A stretch of DNA of 64,000 bases. Origin: an uncultured Bacteroidota bacterium. Its GTDB lineage: Bacteria > Bacteroidota > Ignavibacteria > Ignavibacteriales > Ignavibacteriaceae. Under the pieces are notes generated by a model. It did not search any database, was not told the DNA's origin, and saw only the letters and a list, made by a program, of their open reading frames with translations. This document shows positions 40,126-48,116 of this stretch, piece after piece. The position numbers were made by a program, and so were the translations under genes. Numbering within the stretch: position 1 is the stretch's first letter; the number at the start of each line of letters is the position of its first letter. Where the stretch lies: the NCBI GenBank assembly GCA_963798775.1, contig CAWCUK010000004.1, forward strand, positions 471,451 to 535,450. Reading direction: 5' to 3'.

Positions 40126-41404
40126 TTACTCTCCTAAACTTTTATTCTTAAATCGATAGCCGGTTAAGAATTCTATATTTACTATTTCATTTATATAATC
40201 TGTTTTTAATCTGTACAAATTGGTTTCAATTTGAAAAACTTTATTCTGCGCGTCTATAACATTTATAAAATCTATTTGTCCCACTTGATAACTGCTTAAA
40301 GCTGATGACAAAGTCTGCTCCGCCTGTGGATAAAGGCCCTGTTCAATTAATTTTATTCTTTCTTCAAGTGAATTTAATTTTGATATGGATGTGCCGAAAT
40401 TTTCGTTAAGAACCTGCATTGCCAAATCATACTGCCGGTTGTATAGTTCCTGCATCGATTCCGCTTCTTCAACTTTTGCGGTAACTTTTCCGCCGTAATT
40501 AAGTGGGAGCGATATTCCTACCATTACGGAAAAGAAATCATTTAAAGGGGTATTCGTTTTTTCAATTCGATCTCTTTGAGAATATTGAACGCTAACGTTG
40601 AAGTTCGGCAGGTAATCATATTCGGCTAATGATTTTTGAAGCGCGGCTTTTGCTTCAGCTTCACTTATTCCTTTTAAATATGCCCGGTGTTGTTTCGCGA
40701 TTGAATCGAGTTCCGCAACCGTAAAATGATAGTATTGTACGCTGTCTAATTTTCCAGTGTAAATATTTGTTTCTGTATCTCTAAGAAGTAAAGAGTTTAA
40801 AGTTGAAATAATTGAATTCTCTTTACTCTTTAAGTCTTCCAGTTTATCATTTAGATTGGTTATTTCTAACTCTACTTTTAGAATATTCTGCTGACTCGCG
40901 GTTGAAACTTCATATTTTCTTCTTACGTTTTCAGCTATATCATTTAACAGCTTTTTACTTTTTCCCGTAACCTCTATAGCTTTTCGTATAAATCTTAATT
41001 CATTATAAGCTTGCGTTACTTTTTTAATTAATTCGTTTTCAGCGTCATCTAATTCTTGATTAACTATTTCCGCGTCTTTTTCCGCTACATTGCTAACCGC
41101 GTTTAATTTTCCCGGAAAAGGAAAAGCCTGGCTTAACCCTACTATTTTTCCTGTCATCGGTTCTTGAGTAAAGGAAAATGAATTAGTCGGAAGATTAGCT
41201 AATCCCAATGTTAAAGTGGGATCGGGCAGATTTGAGTTTTGATCAACTCTTACTCTCCGCCGCCGAATATTTCGCGTTTAACATTTTTAATTTTGGACTG
41301 ACTTTCACAGCTTCCGTTATTAAGGAATCTAAACCGGAATTTTGAGCTAGAACCGGAATTCCCGCAAATAGAATTATTATTAGAATTTTTTTGAATAAGT
41401 ACAT
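40126..41404 (-). pseudogene. TolC-family outer-membrane efflux protein; one frameshift near 41245-41285
   Basis: The ATG at 41404 gives MYLFKKILIIILFAGIPVLA|QNSGLDSLITEAVKVSPKLKMLNAKYSAAES, then a stop. One frame over, the text continues RVDQNSNLPDPTLTLGLANLPTNSFSF into ORF 40126..41208 (TolC coiled-coil repeats). Length 1279 nt is not a multiple of 3. ORF 41250..41486 in the track is the third, wrong frame of this region. Confidence 0.8.
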
Positions 41405-41507
41405 GTAAAATCCTCACCAAATAAAATTTCAATAAAGAAATTGTTATGATTAGAAATGCGGAATAGATGTAAGAATCCCGCGTCAATAAATTATTGATGA
41501 GGTTTTT

Positions 41508-41933
41508 TCAAATAAGGAAGATAGAATTGGAAAGGTAAAGGGGAATCTCTTTTTCTCCGGGGGGAGGAGAAGTAAAATAATTTTTATTATAATTGGTATT
41601 TAAAGTAATCGATTCATTAACGGTAAAATATAGTAGAATATCAGCTTTCTGAATATTATTCAGCTCTGTTTTTACAGAGATAAATTTATCCGAAATTGAT
41701 TTATCAACTACTTGAGTTTCACAGCAGCTTGATAAACTTTTATGAATTGTCGTCTTTGAAGATAATATATCAACTACACAATTATCCATACGGTCCTGAT
41801 GCATTGTGCAAGTACCGGTTTTCATTTCCTTGGCCATATTGCATAAATGTATGGTTATCGGCAGACTTGTGGTTGACACAAAGAAAGTGAAAAGTAAAGT
41901 TAATATGGATATTTTCTTAAACATTAGTTTCAA
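41508..41933 (-). CDS. Small secreted Cys/His protein at the head of the efflux operon (HYC_CC_PP-like)
   Basis: Signal/anchor segment, then IHLCNM...CTMHQD, SSCCETQ and SPPPGE. This H-x-C / CC / PP order resembles the small proteins found upstream of HME-RND operons in Bacteroidota. Family name is from memory. Confidence 0.45.
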   Translation of the reverse strand: MKLMFKKISILTLLFTFFVSTTSLPITIHLCNMAKEMKTGTCTMHQDRMDNCVVDILSSKTTIHKSLSSCCETQVVDKSISDKFISVKTELNNIQKADILLYFTVNESITLNTNYNKNYFTSPPPGEKEIPLYLSNSIFLI

Positions 41934-42084
41934 ATATAAATTTTACTCTTCTTATTATCAACATAAATGCCAATTCATTAACACTGTTATTTGCGCATAA
42001 AAGAATATTCACTTCCCGCAATTAAGAAAGTTTATTATTATTCAGTTCTAATAATTGAGAAAAACCATTTTTAATTTGCGTCTA

Positions 42085-42420
42085 CGAATTTGATCCTTAT
42101 ATGTAATTGTTGTTCAGTTCCATGGAGAAGTAATTGGGATAACTTTGCAACTTTTTAAAATATCCTGAAGAGATAAGGGACTATTATTTATACTACCAAT
42201 CAATACCGTTGGAGGCGTTTCACCGTCAATTTAGAAAAGTGACAAAATCTAAATCTATTTTCCCGAATGACGATATTTTGAAGAAAATGCTCTTTTTAGC
42301 TTACAGAGATTTATCGCGAAAAAATGGCCGATGCCTATCAGAAAATAGGCTGTTGTTCTTTCAATTTTTTCGATCTATTTAAGGACAGATTTAATGATTT
42401 TTCTTAAACTAAAAAACATT
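42085..42420 (+). mobile_element. Decayed 3' remnant of an IS256-family (mutator-type) transposase gene
   Basis: Across shifting frames it reads SWRSNWDNFATF / FLKYPEEIR / IIYTTN / PLEAFHRQFRKVTKSKSIFPNDDILKKMLFLAYRDLS / KWPMPIR. This is the conserved C-terminal ~110 aa of IS256 transposases (W..NW..L..FF.YP.EIR..IYTTN.IE..NRQ.RKVTK....FPND.A..K..YLA....KW.MPIR). The N-terminal ~300 aa are absent. Confidence 0.6.
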
Positions 42421-42577
42421 TTCACATAATATTTTACAGACTCTTAAAATTCCCTCCCGAAATCAAATCTCCTCATCCAACAATTTTACAATTCAGCAAC
42501 TCAGTAATCTCGCAATGTAATAATCATACATTTTGATTGTTTGATTATTATCAGTTTTTTTTATTTCCTTTCATTTT

Positions 42578-42654
42578 AGGTCTCCTTTCTAATTTGATGT
42601 TCATTTTTTCTACCCAATATAATAGGGTAGTAACACATTTAGAAAGCGAGACCT
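42578..42654 (+). other. Nested hairpin (outer 15/16-bp stem enclosing a 6-bp stem)
   Basis: AGGTCTCCTTTCTAA (42578-42592) pairs with TTAGAAAGCGAGACCT (42639-42654) with one bulge. Inside, CTACCC (42610-42615) pairs with GGGTAG (42625-42630). TTTTCTT follows on the + strand. Confidence 0.5.
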
Positions 42655-42780
42655 TTTCTTAATTTACCGTCACTTTAAACAATTCAACAAATTTCACTTG
42701 CTATTTTACAATTATAAATTAAATTAATATAGAACTTTTCAAGAAAAATTCCTTCCAATTATCTCCTAAACTTCTTATAT

Positions 42781-42824
42781 TCTGAATGCGCTCTGAATAG
42801 GCTCTGAATGCGCTCTGAATGCGG
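42781..42824. repeat. Four tandem 11-bp direct repeats TCTGAAT(G/A)(C/G)G(C/G)
   Basis: The units are TCTGAATGCGC, TCTGAATAGGC, TCTGAATGCGC and TCTGAATGCGG, head to tail. They lie 78-121 bp upstream of the ATG at 42902. Confidence 0.85.
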
Positions 42825-42901
42825 ATTGCTCTTGTATCTCTAGGCTATCAAAGTCGCTGTAATTTCGTTCTAGATATACTAATTAACTTAGGAGGAATAA
42901 T

Positions 42902-43588
42902 ATGGCCCGAGTTCATAATGGAATATTAGGAGAGGTTACAGGCAAAGCGGGGGGGAAAGTTTACCGTATAATGAATGGGAAAAGCTTTCGTTCTGAACGG
43001 CCGGTTCATTATAATGCCAGTAAGAGCAAAGCGGCTGTTGCTAACCGTGATAAATTTGCCGCCGCTACGGCGTTTGCTAAATATGTAAATTCCATTCCCT
43101 TGTTAAAGTTAATTTGGAAAAGCGCTAAACTAAAAGGGACAACTTCTTTCAACCGCTTAATTAAATATAATTCTAAACTAATTGGGGATTCTGCCCCTTC
43201 AATAAATAATATTATTGTGCCCCCCGAAGGAACCTCAAGCTTTCTTTATTTTCCGATCGAGGCAGTCTCGGTTTCCTTAAAAGAAGCTTACCTTCAAATC
43301 AGAATTTCCCAAAAGCATTCACTTTTTAATCAATATAAACTTATGGCCGTTTTTATGTTTCATCAGCCTATAAATAAACAAGATAGTAAATATCAGTTCT
43401 GCCATGTTGATTTAGATGTAAAAATGAATGATAGAATAAATGTTATCGAATCTGTTTTACCTGACTCAATAATTAAAACCGCTCAAAAATATTCCGGACT
43501 CATTTTGTATTTTTCACTTGTAAATTTTAAAGAGGGGAAGCCTATATGGAGTCCTACATATTCAACAGAAATTAATTTGATAGGATAA
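42902..43588 (+). CDS. Hypothetical protein, DUF6266-like N-terminus
   Basis: Strong RBS (TAGGAGGAATAATATG). MARVHNGILGEVTGKAGGKVYRIMNGKSFRSERP...NRDKFAAATAFAKYV resembles the DUF6266 start pattern (G.LG..SGK.G..V......G....R..P........R.KF). Assignment is from memory. Confidence 0.55.
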   Translation: MARVHNGILGEVTGKAGGKVYRIMNGKSFRSERPVHYNASKSKAAVANRDKFAAATAFAKYVNSIPLLKLIWKSAKLKGTTSFNRLIKYNSKLIGDSAPSINNIIVPPEGTSSFLYFPIEAVSVSLKEAYLQIRISQKHSLFNQYKLMAVFMFHQPINKQDSKYQFCHVDLDVKMNDRINVIESVLPDSIIKTAQKYSGLILYFSLVNFKEGKPIWSPTYSTEINLIG

Positions 43589-43716
43589 TGAGAAAGAATC
43601 CGGCTAAAACATTTTTATAATTTGGGGAGTAAGAGATTTATTCAATTGTTGATTCTTCATTGTTAATTGTTATTGCAACGCCAAAATCTTGGTTATAAAA
43701 AATTTAAGGAAGTAAT

Positions 43717-44514
43717 TTGAAGAAAATATTATCTGTTTTTATTCTGCTTTTAATAGTTTGCGGTGCCTATTTGGCATTCCTTTTTTTTGAGGAACCCAAT
43801 TACGAAGAACTTAATTTCGTCCAGAAGTATTATACCCACAAAGTCGCCTCGGTTTGGGAAAAGAAGATTTTGGAAATGCCTAAGGATGAAAGGGTAATTG
43901 TTGATTATGATACACTGATGAATTCATTGGGATTTTTTGAGAAGAACTTCGCTAAAAGAATCTTCAATATCGATCCGAAAGAATTAGGTTTTAAGGGGCC
44001 GTTTTATTCTCGCGCTAAACCGACTGATTTGGTTGAGGTTCAATCCGTAAAACTCGGCGACTCTCCCAACGCGAGGGAAACCGGTGTGCAGTTTTGCCCT
44101 AAGCATTCGTATATAGATTATTTAAGAATGGCCGCGAAGATGAAGGAGGATATAGGAAAGATAATTTTTATTGATTCCGGCTACCGCTCGCCGGGTAGGC
44201 AAGCTTACTTATTTATACATTACCTCGATTCAAGCTCTAAATATTCCCTTAAAGAAAATGCCAGGTGGATTGCCATGCCGGGCTACAGTGAACATGGTCA
44301 TCCGGTTAATAACGCTATCGATTTTACTAACGCCGAAGGCATAAATGGTTTTAGCAATAATCAAATATCGGCAGATTTTGAAGCGCTTCCGGAATATAAA
44401 TGGATGAATGAAAATGCCGCCTCTTTTAATTTCCATCTTTCTTATCCTAAAGATAATCCGTACGGCGTGGCTTTTGAACCCTGGCATTGGCATTGGAACG
44501 ATAAACAAAATTGA
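43717..44514 (+). CDS. Membrane-anchored M15-family (VanY-like) D-Ala-D-Ala carboxypeptidase
   Basis: TTG start preceded by AAGGAAG. N-terminal TM anchor. M15 motifs: SGYRSPGRQAYLF, PGYSEHGHPVNNAIDF (H...D) and FEPWHWHW. Confidence 0.8.
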   Translation: MKKILSVFILLLIVCGAYLAFLFFEEPNYEELNFVQKYYTHKVASVWEKKILEMPKDERVIVDYDTLMNSLGFFEKNFAKRIFNIDPKELGFKGPFYSRAKPTDLVEVQSVKLGDSPNARETGVQFCPKHSYIDYLRMAAKMKEDIGKIIFIDSGYRSPGRQAYLFIHYLDSSSKYSLKENARWIAMPGYSEHGHPVNNAIDFTNAEGINGFSNNQISADFEALPEYKWMNENAASFNFHLSYPKDNPYGVAFEPWHWHWNDKQN

Positions 44515-44796
44515 CTCCGGTTCAGTAAGAGGCTTGACAACAGCTTTACTTCCAACACAGTTTGGCGAATAACAAGTAGATAATAATCGAAATTATTTTT
44601 GTAGAGCGACGATCCTTCGTCGCTTAAGTGGCATAGCAGATTAAAGAGGCTGTCTCAGAATTTTAATTCCGGCCCAAAGCCCGGGAAGATTTTAAAAGAT
44701 GATGCTGAAACAAAATTCAACATGACAAATTCTAGGATTTGTGACAGCCACTTTCGGTTCTTTCACTTTCACTATGCTGCAATAATTTAACATCCG

Positions 44797-45592
44797 ATAT
44801 TATGAAACTTTCTATCCAGATAAAGTAAAAATATTTTCCTTCCTTCGTAGAAGGAACATTATTGTAATTGTGCATAATTACCGAAGATCGCATAATCCTT
44901 GTAGAGGATTGATTATCCCTTTTTATCGGGCAGTTACTATAATTATTCCGCAATCCTTTGTCGAACATCTACGATGTTCTGATTATTAGGCGGGTTTGGC
45001 TTCACAATAACAGTTAACAACGAATACTTTTACGCGAGAATTTGTAGAGACTATCTCAAATGAGAAATTCTGAAGGAGTTATGTTACAATTTTCATCAAT
45101 AAAATTATGAAACTTTCTATTCAGATAAAGCAAAAATATTTTCCTTCCTTCGTAGAAGGAACATTATTGTAATAAACATAATTACCGAAGATTCCATAAT
45201 CCTTGTAGAGGATTGATTATCCCTTTTTATCCGGCAGTTACTATAATAATTCCGCAATCCTTTGTCGAACATCTACGATGTTCATTTGACGTCCATACAA
45301 TTCATTTTTCTACAATAATCGAACATCTACGATGTTCTGATTATTAGGCGGGTTTGGCTTCACAATAACAGTTAACAACGAATACTTTTACGCGAGAATT
45401 TGTAGAGACTATCTCAAATGAGAAATTCTGAAGGAGTTATGTTACAATTTTCATCAATAAAATTATGAAACTTTCTATTCAGATAAAGCAAAAATATTTT
45501 CCTTCCTTCGTAGAAGGAACATTATTGTAATAAACATACTTACCGAAGATTCCATAATCCTTGTAGAGGATTGATTATCCTTTTTTATCCGG
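44797..45592. repeat. Tandem intergenic repeat, ~2.4 units of 305/358 bp, dense in short hairpins
   Basis: TATGAAACTTTCTAT recurs at 44801, 45106 and 45464. Unit 2 carries a ~53-bp insertion with an extra copy of the GAACATC-TAC-GATGTTC hairpin. Other hairpins per unit are TTCCTTC-GTA-GAAGGAA, ATCCT-TGTAG-AGGAT and TCTCA-AA-TGAGA. Confidence 0.9.
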
Positions 45593-45674
45593 CAATCTAT
45601 TGGCGCAATTAATAATGACTTATTAAAAAATTATGAGTTAATAATGAATACACATAGTTACGGCTGCCAATATG

Positions 45675-45699
45675 CCCTTCTCTTTTTGAAAGAGAAGGG
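45675..45699. repeat. Isolated perfect 11-bp-stem hairpin
   Basis: CCCTTCTCTTT-TTG-AAAGAGAAGGG. No U-tract on either strand, so it is not an obvious terminator. Confidence 0.6.
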
Positions 45700-45816
45700 T
45701 TGAGATGAGTTTGATAAACTAATTTATAAAAAATTTCTCAATCAAAGATTCTTCGAAATTAAATTCATACATCTACGGAAAATTTACAGTTTAAGATTTA
45801 TAAATTAACTTCTTTC

Positions 45817-45848
45817 TTTGCTTTTATTAACATCCCTCTTTATATTTG
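45817..45848 (+). promoter_or_regulatory. Candidate Bacteroidota-type promoter for asnS (TTTG -33 / TAnnTTTG -7)
   Basis: TTTG at 45817-45820, a 20-nt spacer, then TATATTTG at 45841-45848, which ends 36 nt upstream of the asnS ATG. The same TATATTTG box occurs at 56940-56947 upstream of tonB, and TAAGTTTG occurs at 5611-5618 upstream of the TonB-dependent receptor. Confidence 0.3.
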
Positions 45849-45884
45849 AAAATCTAATTTTTAAGAGAAAATAACATTCTATTG

Positions 45885-47180
45885 ATGCAGAAAATAACCA
45901 TACAAGATTTAGGAAAATACGTCGGCCAAGAAATTAAAATTAAAGGCTGGCTTTACAATAAAAGATCTAGCGGTAAGATAAAATTTTTAATACTTCGCGA
46001 TGGTACCGGGTATCTGCAATGCGTGTATTTTAAAGGAAATGTATCTGAAGAAATATTTGAAAAAGCAGATAAAATAGGACAAGAGTCATCTATTGAAATT
46101 ACCGGTGTTGTTAAAGAAGAAAAAAGAGCTCCCGGCGGTTACGAATTAGACGCGACTGACCTTCATATAATTTCCGAAGCGGTTGATTATCCCATTACTC
46201 CTAAAGAACATGGCATTGAGTTTCTCATGGATAAACGCCATCTCTGGTTAAGATCCAGCCGCCAAGTCGCTATTTTAAGAATTAGACATCGTATTGTTAA
46301 AGCCATAAGGGACTTTTTTGATGGGAAAGGCTTTACTCTTATGGATCCTCCGATTCTCACTCCCGCCGCTTGTGAGGGAACTTCTACTTTATTTGAAACC
46401 GACTATTTTGATCTAGGAAAAGCTTATTTAACTCAATCCGGCCAATTATACGCGGAAGCCGGCGCGCTCGCTTTGGGTAAAGTTTATACTTTCGGCCCAA
46501 CTTTCAGAGCCGAAAAATCTAAAACAAGAAGGCATTTAACCGAATTTTGGATGGTTGAGCCTGAAGTAGCTTTTGCCGACCTAAATGACGATATGGATCT
46601 CGCCGAAGAATTCCTTGAATATATTGTTCAAACCGTACTTAAAGAGAAGGAAGAAGAATTAAAAGTTCTGGAAAGAGATACTTCAATGTTACAGAACGTA
46701 AAACGTCCTTTGCCTAGAATTTCGTACGATGAAGCTGTTGAAATATTAAAGAAAAACGGAATTGAGTTTGAATATGGTAATGATCTCGGCGGAACTGATG
46801 AAACTGTAATCTCTAACCAATTCGACCGCCCGGTTATGGTTCATCGTTATCCTGCCGAAGTTAAAGCTTTTTATATGAAACGTGACCCTGAAAATGAAAA
46901 ATTTGCCTTAGCCGTTGATGTTTTGGCCCCGGAAGGTTACGGTGAAATTATCGGAGGCAGCCAAAGAGAAGATAACTTTGATCTTCTCCTGCAAAGAATA
47001 AAAGAACATAATCTGCCTCAAGAAGCTTTTGAATGGTACCTTGATTTAAGAAAGTACGGATCGGTCCCTCATTCCGGTTTCGGTTTGGGCTTGGAAAGAA
47101 CTGTTGGATGGATTTGCGGATTGGATCATGTGAGAGAAACAATCCCGTTCCCCAGAATGATTTATAGAAATACTCCTTAA
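45885..47180 (+). CDS. asnS: Asparagine--tRNA ligase
   Basis: N-terminal OB-fold ([29 protein letters not shown]). Class II motifs [21 protein letters not shown] and [10 protein letters not shown]. 431 aa from the ATG at 45885. Confidence 0.9.
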   Translation: MQKITIQDLGKYVGQEIKIKGWLYNKRSSGKIKFLILRDGTGYLQCVYFKGNVSEEIFEKADKIGQESSIEITGVVKEEKRAPGGYELDATDLHIISEAVDYPITPKEHGIEFLMDKRHLWLRSSRQVAILRIRHRIVKAIRDFFDGKGFTLMDPPILTPAACEGTSTLFETDYFDLGKAYLTQSGQLYAEAGALALGKVYTFGPTFRAEKSKTRRHLTEFWMVEPEVAFADLNDDMDLAEEFLEYIVQTVLKEKEEELKVLERDTSMLQNVKRPLPRISYDEAVEILKKNGIEFEYGNDLGGTDETVISNQFDRPVMVHRYPAEVKAFYMKRDPENEKFALAVDVLAPEGYGEIIGGSQREDNFDLLLQRIKEHNLPQEAFEWYLDLRKYGSVPHSGFGLGLERTVGWICGLDHVRETIPFPRMIYRNTP

Positions 47181-47250
47181 TCTTATTTCTTTAAGATTTT
47201 GAGTAATTAAAATTAATTTAACTAACTCAATTATTTTGAAAAGAAGATAA

Positions 47251-47763
47251 ATGTCTTTAGAGTTAATTCTGTTTATAGTTTTTGCCGCTGTATCCGCCGT
47301 TTCCGGTATCTTAATGATTACGCGGTCTAACCCTATTATAAGCGCGTTATTTTTAATATTAAATTTTGCCGGTCTTGCCGGTATTTATCTTACTTTAAAT
47401 GCGCAGTTTATCGCTGTAGTTCAAATTATAGTTTATGCCGGCGCTATTATGGTGTTGTTCCTTTTCGTAATAATGCTTCTTAAACCTGAAAAGGAAGCTA
47501 TTCTCTCCAAAATTCCGGGAATTAAAATATTCGCTATAGTTATTGCGGTGTTGGTGTTTTTTCAATTCGCTTATATGATTTTCTTTTCACATCCCTCGGC
47601 CGAAACCAGTGCGGCGGTTGCCCAAAGTGTTAAAGCCGGTACTGTTGAAGAAATAGGGAAAGAACTTTATACAAATTACATTCTGCCTTTTGAAGCGGCC
47701 GGTTATTTATTATTGGCGGCAACAATTGGAGCGTTAGTTTTAGCTAAAAAGAAATTTGAATAA
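47251..47763 (+). CDS. nuoJ: NADH-quinone oxidoreductase subunit J
   Basis: 170 aa, 5 TM, with [51 protein letters not shown]. It is first in a J-K-L-M-N gene order. Confidence 0.9.
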   Translation: MSLELILFIVFAAVSAVSGILMITRSNPIISALFLILNFAGLAGIYLTLNAQFIAVVQIIVYAGAIMVLFLFVIMLLKPEKEAILSKIPGIKIFAIVIAVLVFFQFAYMIFFSHPSAETSAAVAQSVKAGTVEEIGKELYTNYILPFEAAGYLLLAATIGALVLAKKKFE

Positions 47764-47768
47764 TAATT

Positions 47769-48074
47769 ATGAATATACCAATTGAATATTATCTGGTTAT
47801 AAGTGCCTTTATGTTTGTTACTGGCGTAACCGGTGTTTTAATCCGCCGTAACGCGATCGTTGTTTTTATGTCCGTTGAACTTATGCTTAACGCGGCAAAT
47901 CTTTCGCTGGTTACTTTCTCATCTTATATGGGAAATTCAGTGGGGCAGTTGTTTGTGTTTTTTGTTATGACTGTAGCCGCAGCCGAAGCTGCCGTAGGAC
48001 TGGCTATTATTATTGCTCTGTTCAGAAATAAATTAACATTGAATATTGACGAAATCAATATCCTTAAATGGTAA
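47769..48074 (+). CDS. nuoK: NADH-quinone oxidoreductase subunit K
   Basis: 101 aa, 3 TM, with the [11 protein letters not shown] motif. Confidence 0.9.
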   Translation: MNIPIEYYLVISAFMFVTGVTGVLIRRNAIVVFMSVELMLNAANLSLVTFSSYMGNSVGQLFVFFVMTVAAAEAAVGLAIIIALFRNKLTLNIDEINILKW

Positions 48075-48116
48075 GTTCATTTTCAAGTTCTGAAATAATT
48101 ACGAATTTATAATTAT

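Noticed and set aside
41250-41486. 78-aa ORF upstream of the TolC-like gene
   Set aside because: It is the wrong-frame reading of the TolC N-terminal region. The correct frame from the ATG at 41404 gives a signal peptide and TolC helix 1.
44732-44968. 78-aa minus-strand ORF
   Set aside because: It lies inside the hairpin repeat array. Part of its sequence recurs with the repeat, and it has no start context.
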